A DNA stretch of 64,000 nt, from the NCBI GenBank assembly GCA_002269645.1, contig NIVC01000260.1:248001-312000 (forward strand). The letters are read 5' to 3'. This DNA comes from Macrostomum lignano. Lineage: Eukaryota. Position 1 is the stretch's first letter, and the number at the start of each line of letters is the position of its first letter. Positions 1 through 19,131 of the stretch are shown in pieces. Below the pieces are notes generated by a model. It did no database searches. It saw only the letters and a program-made list of their open reading frames with translations, and was not told where the DNA came from. The position numbers and the translations under genes are program-made.

Positions 1-2336
1 GCGCTGGGTGAAGTGTAAGGGAAGCGTCAGGTAAAGTGTCAGAGAGGCGTCAGGTGAAGTGTCAGAGAGGCCTCAGGTGAAGTGTCAGGAAGGCGCCGGG
101 TGAAGTGTCAGGAAGGCGTCAGGTGAAGTGTTAGAGAGGCGTCAGGTGAAGTGTCAGGAAGGCGCCGGGTGAAGTGTCAGGAAGGCGTCAGGTGAAGTGT
201 CAGGAAGGCGCCGGGTGAAGTGTCAGGAAGGCGTCAGGTGAAGTGTTAGAGAGGCGTCAGGTGAAGTGTCAGGAAGGCGCTGGGTGAAGTGTAAGGGAAG
301 CGTCAGGTAAAGTGTCAGAGAGGCGTCAGGTGAAGTGTCAGAGAGGCCTCAGGTGAAGTGTCAGGAAGGCGCCGGGTGAAGTGTCAGGAAGGCGTCAGGT
401 GAAGTGTTATAGAGGCGTCAGGTGAAGTGTCAGAAAGGCGTCAGGTGAAGTGTCAGGAAGGCGTCAGGTGAAGTGTTAGAGAGGCGTCAGGTGAAGTGTC
501 AGAAAGGCGTCAGGTGAAGTGTCAGGAAGGCGTCAGGTGAAGTGTCAGAAAGGCGTCAGGTGAAGTGTCAGAAAGGCGTCAGGTGAACTGTCAGGAAGGC
601 GTCAGGTGAAGTGTCAGAGAGGCCTCAGGTGAAGTGTCAGAAAGGCGTCAGGTGAAGTGTCAGGAAGGCGTCAGGTGAAGTGTTAGAGAGGCGTCAGGTG
701 AAGTGTCAGGAAGGCGCCGGGTGAAGTGTCAGGAAGGCGTCAGGTGAAGTGTTAGAGAGGCGTCAGGTGAAGTGTCAGGAAGGTGCCGGGTGAAGTGTCA
801 GAGTGGCCTCAGGTGAAGTGTCAGAGAGGCGTCAGGTAAAGTGTCAGAGAGGCCTCAGGTGAAGTGTCAGAGAGGCGTCAGGTAAAGTGTCAGAGAGGCC
901 TCAGGTGAAGTGTCAGAGAGGCGTCATGTAAAGTGTCAGAGAGGCGTCAGGTAAAGTGTCAGAGAGGCGTCAGGTGAAGTGTCAGAGAGGCCTCAGGTGA
1001 AGTGTCAGAGAGGCCTCAGGTAAAGTGTCAGGAAGGCGCCGGGTGAAGTGTCAGGAAGGCGTCAGGTGAAGTGTTAGAGAGGCGTCAGGTGAAGTGTCAG
1101 GAAGGCGCCGGGTGAAGTGTCAGGAAGGCGTCAGGTGAAGTGTCAGGAAGGCGCCGGGTGAAGTGTCAGGAAGGCGTCAGGTGAAGTGTTAGAGAGGCGT
1201 CAGGTGAAGTGTCAGGAAGGCGCTGGGTGAAGTGTAAGGGAAGCGTCAGGTAAAGTGTCAGAGAGGCGTCAGGTGAAGTGTCAGAGAGGCCTCAGGTGAA
1301 GTGTCAGGAAGGCGCCGGGTGAAGTGTCAGGAAGGCGTCAGGTGAAGTGTTAGAGAGGCGTCAGGTGAAGTGTCAGAAAGGCGTCAGGTGAAGTGTCAGG
1401 AAGGCGTCAGGTGAAGTGTCAGAAAGGCGTCAGGTGAAGTGTCAGAAAGGCGTCAGGTGAACTGTCAGGAAGGCGTCAGGTGAAGTGTCAGAGAGGCCTC
1501 AGGTGAAGTGTCAGGAAGGCGCCGGGTGAAGTGTCAGGAAGGCGTCAGGTGAAGTGTTATAGAGGCGTCAGGTGAAGTGTCAGAAAGGCGTCAGGTGAAG
1601 TGTCAGGAAGGCGTCAGGTGAAGTGTTAGAGAGGCGTCAGGTGAAGTGTCAGAAAGGCGTCAGGTGAAGTGTCAGGAAGGCGTCAGGTGAAGTGTCAGAA
1701 AGGCGTCAGGTGAAGTGTCAGAAAGGCGTCAGGTGAACTGTCAGGAAGGCGTCAGGTGAAGTGTCAGAGAGGCCTCAGGTGAAGTGTCAGGAAGGCGCCG
1801 GGTGAAGTGTCAGGAAGGCGTCAGGTGAAGTGTTAGAGAGGCGTCAGGTGAAGTGTCAGGAAGGCGCCGGGTGAAGTGTCAGGAAGGCGTCAGGTGAAGT
1901 GTTAGAGAGGCGTCAGGTGAAGTGTCAGGAAGGTGCCGGGTGAAGTGTCAGAGTGGCCTCAGGTGAAGTGTCAGAGAGGCGTCAGGTAAAGTGTCAGAGA
2001 GGCCTCAGGTGAAGTGTCAGAGAGGCGTCAGGTAAAGTGTCAGAGAGGCCTCAGGTGAAGTGTCAGAGAGGCGTCATGTAAAGTGTCAGAGAGGCGTCAG
2101 GTAAAGTGTCAGAGAGGCGTCAGGTGAAGTGTCAGAGAGGCCTCAGGTGAAGTGTCAGAGAGGCCTCAGGTAAAGTGTCAGAGAGGCCTCAGGTGAAGTG
2201 TCAGAGAGGCGTCAGGTAAAGTGTCAGAGAGGCGTCAGGTAAAGTGTCAGAGAGGCGTCAGGTAAAGTGTCAAAGAGGCCTCAGGTGAAGTGTCAGAGAG
2301 GCGTCAGGTAAAGTGTCAGAGAGCGTCAGGTGAAGT
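1..2336. repeat. 23-bp minisatellite array (AGGTGAAGTGTCAGAGAGGCGTC and variants), runs off the window start
   Basis: About 100 tandem units read directly. Diagnostic variant units recur about 1151 bp apart (GTGGCCTC at ~803/~1954; CGTCATGTAA at ~922/~2073). Confidence 0.97.
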
Positions 2337-2538
2337 ACAAGGACTACTTAACACTACTTAATGCTAGTGGTCCTTGGTGAAGTGTCAGAGAGGCGCCAAA
2401 GCGAAAACAGGCAACTTCTTGACTCAGAAAACTACTTCAGAAGGCTAAACAATGGCAGCATCAGACAACCCGCAAAACTGTCCAGTTCGTTTTTCCCAAA
2501 GTTTTTCGAGTTCAGCTTTTAACATTCGGCAGCAATCG

Positions 2539-9394
<6,856 letters not shown>

Positions 9395-10689
9395 CTGAAA
9401 GAAGTATTGCAACAAACTCAGTGAAACTTAATTTTGAATTGAATAAAATTGCTAAAACATTAAACAAAACATTTAACTTTTATAAAGCTAATAGAAAAAA
9501 ATCTGTTAGCAAAAAACACTTTGTTAATCACATTTTAACGAGTCAATGTGCAATACTCATTAAAACTGATTATGCTTCTATGAAGCTATTGATTTGTATG
9601 CTTGATTTCTAGCAAAAAAAGAAATGAAAAAAGTCATTTTAGTAGGAACTTTTATTGGAAAAAATTGTGATATGGAGAACATATTTTTAGTTATAACTAG
9701 GGATAATTAAAAAATACAAAATCAATCTGAAGGCTAAGTTAATTTTAATGCTACTTAAAACTACTACTTACTACTTACTACTCTTACTACTACTACTTCT
9801 TAATGCGATTGCTTCAGAAATGCATGTATATATAGACCAACTAGTAAATAAACTATAGCAAAGTACAACCATATAACTATAAATATAGATAGTCTGAAAA
9901 TTAATCAACGCATTGCTAGCATGATATGTATATTTTTTACTTCTTTTAATTCTAAGTTGGTCTTAGAGAGAGGATAGGCTATGGCATAATTAAATTTATC
10001 CTATGATTTCTGTAAAAAATCATGTAATGCAGAAACTACGCCGACCGTAGCAACATTATTCTGACCCCTATAAATTTTTCACATAAATATCGACCTTATT
10101 TTTCTTAACTGAAATGCTACTTCTGATAGATTTGCATACAAAATGGACGGGGTTCGGGGAATGAAGTTCTATTCGGAAAATTCTAGCCGGTCCCGTGGTT
10201 TCGCTGAAAAAATAATATAATTTAATATCGCTATTTAATTTAACACTACCGATAATACAAATCCTACGAACTTTTACTTTTGGGTTTGATCATATAGTTA
10301 AATAGTTAAAAAATATTTTTCGTATAATTTTACCTAAGTTTCCCATGGTTTCTAAACGTTAAAACAAATTTTAAAAAATCTACAAGTTTAACTTTCCGAT
10401 AAAGGCAATAACTTTCCTAGAACACTGAATTTCACATAAGTAGTGAGTGGCACTTCTCGGATCGACTATCTATGCTTATCTTTTAATGCTTGAATCTTAT
10501 CTTTGCTACCTAATTTCAAAGCCAGAAGCCTAACTAAGAGTTTGACAGCTTGGGACAGCTCAATCATTTAATGGAGCTAAACTAAGACTAAGAGCCAGAG
10601 GCTACATTGTTCCATTATTATATGTAATTATGTGGCTTACACGGCAATCTCCTAGTTTACTGCGTTAAATTATTTTCGGGTAGAAAATG

Positions 10690-10930
10690 AAAAGTTACAT
10701 ATTTCAACAGTTGACAGTAGTTAGAGGGCAGTCCAATATAGGAAGTTCCCAAACTACTTCTTCGGGAATAGGCGGCGCCACAGGTACTCATTGAGATGGG
10801 TCTCAAACAGGGCATCGCTGGTGCTGTGCATCGCCCTGAATTTGGCCTTGACATGTGCTGTGCCCATGACCCCTCAATGGTGTTTGTATGGACAGTTGGG
10901 TCGTGGGGGTCCACGAAGTGGAGTCAGTCA
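10690..10930 (-). mobile_element. Merlin / ISXO2(IS1016)-like DDE transposase C-terminal fragment, frameshifted with premature stops
   Basis: The minus strand reads HFVDPHDPTVHTNTIEGSWA, then (frameshift) HVKAKFRAMHSTSDALFETHLNEYLWRRLFPKK*FGNFLYWTAL*. The HTNTIEGxW...K...YLxEYxWRR pattern is typical of ISXO2/Merlin transposases. Confidence 0.75.
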
Positions 10931-11304
10931 CTTAAGCCTTAAGCCAGGGCAGGATACAGTGGGAAGGTGTCGCTGCCCATTCTTCTAAACAACTAGGTGG
11001 ATGGAGGTGGATGGTTGCCTACTTGGGCACTGGGCTATATTTGTGAATATATGCATTATAATAGAATTATATATAATTATAATACATGTTAATATAGTTA
11101 TACACTGCTTTGAAAAAATAATAACTAGGCCTATGCTATATATTACAGTTTAGTTTAACAATATTTAGTGACTAAAGCACATTTTGAGTCATTCTAGACT
11201 TATTCTAAAGCACATTCTAAAGCACATTCATACAATATAATATTTTTTATACATATATGTATATATATGTATATATAGGGGGTATATGTATTTTAGTTAC
11301 TAGG

Positions 11305-11620
11305 TTTTAGACTTGTAGCTTAGTGGTTAGAGTGTTGGACTTACAACTTAAAAGTTGGATTGAAGGTTCAATTCCTAATCCCACTGGAAGATATTTCTAG
11401 TCCTTAAGCAAGACACTTAACTCTGCATTGCTTTAGTTCACCTAGCTATAAAATGGGTATTAGCATTAGCTGGGATAATTGAAGGTATATATAGCAACCC
11501 TTAGTCCTTACACTAAATAGCCATATACTGATCCAGCCTTTGGATGTGCTGCACAATTAGCTATGGCTAAGCTGTTGGTTGCATATCTGCTTGTTGGGAT
11601 AGATGTAATCAATTAAAATT
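11305..11620 (+). mobile_element. tRNA-derived SINE, heavily C->T/G->A mutated copy
   Basis: tRNA-like head (TAGCTTAGTGGTTAGAG...GGTTCAATTCC), then ...CAAGACACTTAACTCTGCATTGC...TAAAATGGGT.... Alignable over more than 250 bp to the copy at 51496-51780. Confidence 0.8.
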
Positions 11621-11789
11621 ACTATTGTTATCATTATTTTAGTTAGTATTATTAAACAAATGTACTTTCTTGAAAATTTCTTGAAAATCTTTTTTATTCA
11701 AATAAACTTTCTTGAAAACATTAGTGAATCAATTTTTTTCTCAAACAAATGTCTAAATAGAACTCAAATATAGCAATTTATTAAGCATA

Positions 11790-12260
11790 CAAAGGAAAGG
11801 GTATTAGCTATACACCTAGACAAAGGAAGGGTATCAGGCATATAAAAGTAAAGGAAAACATATTAGGCACACAAAGAAAGGGGTATTAGACACACAAAGA
11901 AATGGGTACCAGGCACACAAAGGAAGGGGTATTAAACACACAAAGGAAGGGCTATCAGGCACATAGGAAGGGCTATCAGACACACATAGGAAGGGCTATT
12001 AGACACACATAGGAAGGGGTATCAGGCACACACAGGAAGGGCTATCAGGCACACAAAGGAAGGGCTATCAGACACACAAAGGAAGGGGTATCAGGCACAC
12101 ACAGGAAGGGCTATCAGGCACACAAAGGAAGGGCTATCAGGCACACACAGGAAGGGGTATCAGGCACACACAGGAAGGGGTATCAGGCACACACAGGAAG
12201 GGGTATCAGGCACACACAGGAAGGGGTATCAGGCACACACAGAAAGGGGTATCAGTATCA
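11790..12260. repeat. ~23-bp minisatellite (AGGAAGGGGTATCAGGCACACAC)
   Basis: Tandem units, more degenerate and AT-rich toward the left end. Confidence 0.9.
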
Positions 12261-13446
12261 GATTGATGTTTCTGCAGCTAAAAAATCTATATATTAGATA
12301 ATTAATTTACTATTCAATATTACATCACCATTGTGCACAAATTCAAAAGCAAATATAAAGCAATTGCATCATTATACATTTGTGCTATGTTTTAAGGTAT
12401 CTTGCCAATCAATCTCTGCACTTCAAAGTCGTGTTTGTTTGTTTGGTTTTATATTTACGTGTTCACTGTTCAGTGCTAGTGTGTGCAGCCTTGGTCAATT
12501 ATATAAAAATTGTATAGAGTCTATGTACACTTGTACAGTTTATTATGGCTTGCTTGTCCGCCCAAATTTTTGCTTTTTCTCAGCAAAAGCCAGTCTGAAT
12601 TTGGTTTTCCTCTCTAGCTTGGCCTTGACCTTGCCTTGCCTATCGATCGATAAAGCCTGCTTTTGCTTCACGTTCTTCACCGCCTCTCCCGCCTCCGCAG
12701 CAAGGCTTGCATGGGGCTCAGCTCTCTCACCCCAACAACCCCCCATAAAAGCGACTAGCCAGTTTGTAAGTAGTGGACTGGAAGCCACGGTGCTAACCCG
12801 CCTTCTTAGGTCCCCCCGAGTAAAAGCCTAGATGCTAAGTATACTGTACACACATAAAATATATTCTCTCTTCTATCTACTAATTTGCTTGTGCGTGCAA
12901 GGGGGGGGGGAGGCAGCCCACTGTCTGTGAGCCAGTCTAAGCCCTAGGCTGGCTGGCTGGAGTCGATAAGGCTTTGCGGGGGAGGGAGTTAGGAGGGAAG
13001 GCAGGGAGAGGATGGGGTGGGTCTTACGCAGGGGCAGACGGGGAGAGGTTTTACCCATTCAGCCCTCCTTAGCCTCGGCTCCGCTCTCTTTCTCTCTCCC
13101 TCTCTCTCTCTGGCAAGCAGACGCAGAAATGGTGAGAATTTTGGCGGGGGTGAGCGAGCAAGGACAGAACGGAAAGACAGCCAGAGATAGGAGGCGGTCT
13201 TAGCCCACACAAAGCTTCACCCACCCAAGTCCTGCGTACATTTTTAAGCTTACACATACACATACACAGCGTAATAAATGCCTAGCTAGGTATACAAGCT
13301 AAACAGAGAGATATTAAACCTAACACTCGCGCCTGCAGCAGTTAACAGACTATAATAAAACCTTATTTAACACTTTGATTGCTTCTTCTTGCATGAAATC
13401 GATAAATAGTTCGATTTCATTTAATCAGAAAAGAATATCGATAGCT

Positions 13447-15780
13447 ATGAACTACCTGCTTGGCCTTTCTGCCGGTTCCTCAGCATTGGATCCTGCTATT
13501 GCTGCTACAAACATTGGTAATAATAATACTACTAACAATAATAGTATTGGCAGTAGTAACGGAAGCGGCAGTCGCAATCGTAGCAAATCCCGAGCTCGCT
13601 GCTGCGTGGCCGGCTGCAATCGTCGGGAAGGTGATCCCGGCTACAGTTTCCACAGATTCCCAACTGACATGGCGTTGCGAGAGAAATGGATCGCCGTGAT
13701 GAACCAGCCTGGCTTCCATCCGGGCCAGAGCACCAGAATCTGCTCCAGGCATTTTGTGCGCAGCGATTTTGTTGCCAAGCAGACTGAGGAAGAGGAGGCG
13801 GCAGCTAATGCCGCTATTGCCGCTCTGTCGACGCCTCCAGGCTCGCCGACATCTACGCCGACGCCAATGCCGACGCCAAATAGGCGAAGGCGACTCTACC
13901 CCAATGCCGTGCCCAGCGTGTTCCGCGGCCGGCGGGTCCAGCCTCCTACTCGAAGTAGTACTTCTAGCGGCGTTTCTCTAGCTAATCCTGTTATCGCTTA
14001 TCAGCAGGGTGCCCTCCCTGCTTTTGGTGAGTGCCTGCCTAATCTGTTATTTGTGACCTCGCTCCCCCCTGAGATCCTCTGAGCTGTCCCTAATCCTCCA
14101 TTTGAGCTGTCCCTAATCCTCCATTTGAGCTGTCCCTAATCCTCCATTTGAGCTGTCCCTAATCCTCCATTTGAGCTGTCCCTAATCCTCTATTCGAGCT
14201 GCCCCAAATCCTCTTTTTGAGCTGTCCCTAATCCTCCATTTGAGCTGTCCCTAATCCTCTTTTTGAGCTGTCCCTAATCCTCCATTGGAGCTGTCCCTAA
14301 TCCTCCATTGGAGCTGCCCCTAATCCTCTATTCGAGCTGTTTCCTAATCCTCCATTTGAGCTGTTCATAATCCTCCATTTGAGCTGCCCCTAATCCTCCA
14401 TTTGAGCTGCCCCTAATCCTCCATTTGAGCTGCCCCTAATCCTTTATTTGAGCTGCCCCTAATCCTCTATTTGAACAAACCACAGCCCGAATCCTTCCTG
14501 AAAGCACCCCGATCTCTCTAGTACTGCCATACGCATGCCACTTAATCCAATCGCCCCATCCACCGCAGCACTCCCTAACAACGGGCTGCAATTGGCGCCA
14601 CTGACTCTGTGCTACAGCCAGCAGCAGCAGCAGCAGCCCACCACCAGCGCCAGCTCCGTGGGCGATGACACCAACACTGGAGACGCCGAAGCCGATCGCC
14701 TCTCTGAACAGGACAATGAGCCTGCGGTTGAATGCAAAGTATTGAATCGGCTTCTAGATCAGGATGATGAAGACGAGATGCTGCCCGATGTTTGGTGAGT
14801 AGTTTATTCCCTAATCTAGTCAACATTTTCATGTGAGAATCTCATGTGAGATTCCGCTATTCAAGTGAGAATCTCATGAGCTTTCATTTGCTAATCTCAT
14901 GTGAGATTCCATTAATGATCTCCTGATCTCATGTGAGATTCCATTTATGATCTTCTGATCTCATGTGAGATTCCATTAATGATCTTCTGATCTCATGTGA
15001 GATTCCATTCATGATCTCCTGATCTCGTGGGAGATTCCAATACTGATCTCCTGATCTCATGTGAGATTCCATTCATGATCTTCTGATCTCATGTGAGATT
15101 CCATTCATGATTTCCTGATCTCATGTGAGATTCCGCTATTCAAGTGAGAATCTCATGAGATTTCATTATTGATCTGATGTGGGATTCCGCTATTCAAGTG
15201 AGATTCTCATGAGATTCCATTCATGATCTCCTGATCTCATATGAGATTCCATTCATGATCTCCTTATCTCATTTGAGGTTCCATTCATGATCTCCTGATC
15301 TCATATGAGATTCCATTCATGATTTCCTGACCTGATCTAATGTGAGATTCCGCTATTCAAGTGAGAATCTCATGAGATTCCATTCATGATCTCCTGATCT
15401 CATGTGAGATTCTCTCATTTTTCGAGTTCAAGTTTCTAATCCATTTTGTTTATTGCAGTTCCATCGTCGATAAAACAGCGGCAGCAGCAGCAGCGGCAGC
15501 AGCAGCAACAGCAACAGCAGACTCTGCTGCTTCTGCGTCTTCTTCTAGCAATCGCCGCCGCTCGAACGATAAATCAGACAAGGCAAACGACGCCGAGGCC
15601 CGGGACCTGCGCCTCATCAGCCAGATTGTCCGGGTCGCTCTGGACCTGGACGACTCACAGAGCCGCCTGATTCGTGAGCTCGGCCGTCTCGCCCGCCGTC
15701 AGCGCCAGCAGGAGACTCGGCTTGGCGAACTGGTCGACGAGCTCACGAAGATTGTTGACGGCGCTACGAGTGCTAGCTGA
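13447..15780 (+). CDS. THAP-domain protein 1 (C2CH zinc finger, low-complexity linker, C-terminal coiled coil). Exons ~13447-14026, ~14522-14794, 15459-15780
   Basis: THAP signature CCVAGC...FHRFP...REKW...RICSRHF...LYPNAVPSVF. The exon 2-3 junction (TG|GTGAGT...TTGCAG|T) is frame-consistent and gives ...DVCSIVDKT...RELGRLARRQRQQETRLGELVDELTKIVDGATSAS*. The exon 1-2 junction could not be closed in frame with the obvious donor and acceptor. Confidence 0.8.
14081..14472. repeat. 23-bp minisatellite (GAGCTGTCCCTAATCCTCCATTT), THAP1 intron
   Basis: About 17 units. A degenerate copy of the same family lies at 21290-21480. Confidence 0.95.
14830..15415. repeat. ~32-bp minisatellite with internal palindromes (ATCTCA-TG-TGAGAT; ATCTCATGAGAT)
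   Basis: Two interleaved unit types read directly. Confidence 0.9.
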
Positions 15781-15899
15781 GTGCTATCGAGGCATTGGAT
15801 AACTGCTATCAGCATTTTTATCGCTATATCCGCATCCTGGTAGCGGTAGAACTGCCGTCTCTGGTGTAGTCTAACTCATCTGTCCTTTCTGAGTACCTT

Positions 15900-16910
15900 C
15901 ATCTAGTGATCTACTATCTCATCAACTCTACTTCTCACCTATCTACTACTTCTCATCTATCTACTATCTGACCCACTCTACTTCTCACCTATCTGCTATC
16001 TGACCCACTCTACTTCTCATCTATCTACTATCTGACCCATCTACTACTTAACACCGATTTACTATCTGACCCATTCTACTTCTCACCTATCTACTATCTG
16101 ACCCATTCTACTTCTCACCTATCTACTATCTGACCCTTTCTACTTCTCACCTATCTACTATCTGACCCACTCTACTTCTCACCTATCTACTATCTAACCC
16201 ATTCTACTTGTCACTTATCTACTACTTCTCACCTATCTACTATCTGACCCACTCTACTTCTCACCTATCTACTGTCTAACCCATTCTACTTCTCATCTAT
16301 CTACTATCTGACCCATTCTACTTCTCACCTATCTACTATCTGACCCACCCTACTTCTCACCTATCTACTATCTGACCCATTCTACTTCTCACCTATCTAC
16401 TATCTGACCCACTCTACTTCTCACCTATCTACTATCTAACCCATTCTACTTGTCACTTATCTACTACTTCTCACCTATCTACTATCTGACCCACTCTACT
16501 TCTCACCTATCTACTGTCTAACCCATTCTACTTCTCATCTATCTACTATCTGACCCATTCTACTTCTCACCTATCTACTATCTGACCCACTCTACTTCTC
16601 ACCTATCTACTGTCTAACCCATTCTACTTCTCATCTATCTACTATCTGACCCATTCTACTTCTCACCTATCTACTATCTGACCCACCCTACTTCTCACCT
16701 ATCTACTGTCTAACCCATTCTACTTCTCATCTATCTACTATCTGACCCATTCTACTTCTCACCTATCTACTATTTGACCCACCCTACTTCTCACCTATCT
16801 ATTATTTAACCACTCTTTTTCTCACCTAACTACTATCTGATCCACTGTACTCCTCACCTATCTAATATTTAACCCACTCAACTACTCACCTATCTACTAT
16901 CACGCCCACT
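15900..16910. repeat. 32-bp minisatellite (CTATCTACTATCTGACCCATTCTACTTCTCAC)
   Basis: About 30 tandem units. Confidence 0.95.
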
Positions 16911-17418
16911 GTACCTCTCATTAGCTGTCTACTATCTGGTCCTCACAATCTTTGCTTCCGGTCTGAAAGAAAAAAAAGTTTTAATATATATGTCGCCAGT
17001 TAATTTATTATTTATTCGTTAATTAGTTGGTCTATTAATCGGTAGTCGTAATCGCGTTCGGTACGCTTTCCGATATAATTTATGCGAATATAGGTGTTAA
17101 TAAATGGCCACCTATATATTTTGTCACATTCGGTAAATCTATGCTTGTTTTATTGTTCTGTATTTATTAAACTTATTTGATTACTGTCTGAATGTGCCTA
17201 CTCGCAGTAGGGTTGTAAGCCTTCAAAATTTACCAATTGTTGGTAAGCTCTGTTTATTATAATTTATTATATTTGATTTTGGTTGATTATGGAATTACTG
17301 CTGTAGTATAATTGTGAGCAACTCAATGCTCGTTGCATTGCATGTTTTATTATTACCGCCTGTGGCGTACGCTTTTATTTATGCTTTTTATTGTTAGGAC
17401 ATCTGACTGTGATGAACC

Positions 17419-18010
17419 TTCAGGGTAGATGCCTCCCATGATCCATCATGATAGATACCTCCCATGATCCATCAGGGTAGATACCTCCCATGATCCATCA
17501 GGGTAGATACCTCCCATGATCCATCAGGGTAGATACCTCCCATGATCCATCAGAATAGATACCTCTCATGATCTATCAAGGTAGATACCTCCCATGATCC
17601 ATCAGGGTAGATACCTCCAATGATCCATCAGGGTATATACCTCCCATGATCCATCAGGTTAGATACCTCCCATGATCCATCAGGGTAGATACCTCCCATG
17701 ATCCATCAGGGTAGATACCTCCCATGATCCATCAGGGTAGATACCTCCCATGATCCATCAGGGTAGATACCTCCCATGATCCATCAGGATAGATACCTCC
17801 CATGATCCATCAGGGTAGATACCTCCCATGATCCATCAGGGTAGATACCTCCCATGATCCATCAGGATAGATACCTCCCATGATCCATCAGGGTAGATAC
17901 CTCCCATGATCCATCAGGGTAGATACCTCCCATGATCCATCAGGGTAGATACCTCCCATGATCCATCAGGATAGATACCTCCGATGATCCATCAGGGTAG
18001 ATACCTCCAT
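17419..18010. repeat. 26-bp minisatellite (AGGGTAGATACCTCCCATGATCCATC)
   Basis: About 22 near-perfect units. Confidence 0.96.
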
Positions 18011-18129
18011 AATTCAACTGGGTACCTACATCTAGCTTTCTCTAGAAACCATAGGGGTAAGATTTAAGTGACCCTACAACTGAGTCTGCAAGACCAACCG
18101 GCAAATGAAAGTTCACACTGTGCTATATA

Positions 18130-19029
18130 ATGCATGATATGACAGGAGGGCGCAAGGCCTATTATCGCTGTTGCGTAGCAAAATGCGGCCAGACATCTTC
18201 CTCGGCTCCGGAGCTCTGCTTCCATCGGATCATTCGCGATCAGACTCGTCGCGAATTCTGGTTAGCCAACATGCGCTGCACAGAAGAAGATATTACCAAT
18301 AGTTCCAGAATCTGCGGCGATCATTTCACCTATTATGACTACGAAGATTTTGAGGCCAACAAATTGCGCAAAGTTGCAGTGCCAACCCTATTTGCTTGGG
18401 AGCCAATTTACACTAGCCAAGATGCCGCCAATGCAATTTCGGCTACGAAACTTGCCAATAGTGCCGCAGTTATCACTGTTGCTAGGGCGATCTCTGATGC
18501 CAGTGCTGCCGCTGCTGCTGCTGCCGCCGCCGCTGTCGGAGCTTCCAGCGCTGTTGAACCAATCGAAATTGATGACGACGAAATAGAAATAATTGAACAG
18601 GACTGTGGGCAGCAACAACAACAACAGCAGGAGCAACAACAGCAGCAACAACAACAACAGCAGGAGCAACAAGAGCAGCAGCAGCAGCAGCAACAACAAA
18701 AACAGCAACGAGTTGAACCACCTGTTATCATCACTAATTCGAACAAATTATCCAAAGAAGAGTATGAACAGTTGTTATTGCTAGTGTCAGTGTCGGAGAG
18801 GCTAGAGAATGCTCACGCTGGCATTGTTAGCGAATTAGCTGAGATGCAGCGAGTGCAGAGACGTCAAGACCGACTGATGGACTTGACGCTTGAGGCCGTG
18901 ATGCGACCCGAGTTCCCTTTGGCGCTGAGCAAAGAGGAGCGGGACCGGCTGACCAAACTGAGAACTGTCTCTGTGCTCCCTGCGACTGCGCCTACTAGAG
19001 AAGATAATGGAAGCTCTGAGCACTTTTAA
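18130..19029 (+). CDS. THAP-domain protein 2 (single coding exon; THAP, polyA/polyQ linker, coiled coil), 299 aa
   Basis: CCVAKC...CFHRI...RREFW...RICGDHF...LRKVAVPTLF. The C-terminal heptads LENAHAGIVSELAEMQRVQRRQDRL resemble the THAP1 C-terminus. Confidence 0.88.
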   Translation: MHDMTGGRKAYYRCCVAKCGQTSSSAPELCFHRIIRDQTRREFWLANMRCTEEDITNSSRICGDHFTYYDYEDFEANKLRKVAVPTLFAWEPIYTSQDAANAISATKLANSAAVITVARAISDASAAAAAAAAAAVGASSAVEPIEIDDDEIEIIEQDCGQQQQQQQEQQQQQQQQQQEQQEQQQQQQQQKQQRVEPPVIITNSNKLSKEEYEQLLLLVSVSERLENAHAGIVSELAEMQRVQRRQDRLMDLTLEAVMRPEFPLALSKEERDRLTKLRTVSVLPATAPTREDNGSSEHF

Positions 19030-19131
19030 GCTTTTGTGGACTTTTTTGTAGGGCTAATGGCAGAGTGGCCTGTTCTGTTAACAACAGATACTAGAATAAC
19101 TGGATTGGCCACTCAGCACATTGCGTGTGAA

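Noticed and set aside
12543-12788. Lys-rich minus-strand ORF (..KVKAKLERKTKFRLAFAEKKQKF..), a candidate GPSM first exon or Tc1 fragment
   Set aside because: No convincing phase-0 donor to join GPSM, a non-ATG start, and only a 5-residue Tc1-like resemblance (RLAFA).
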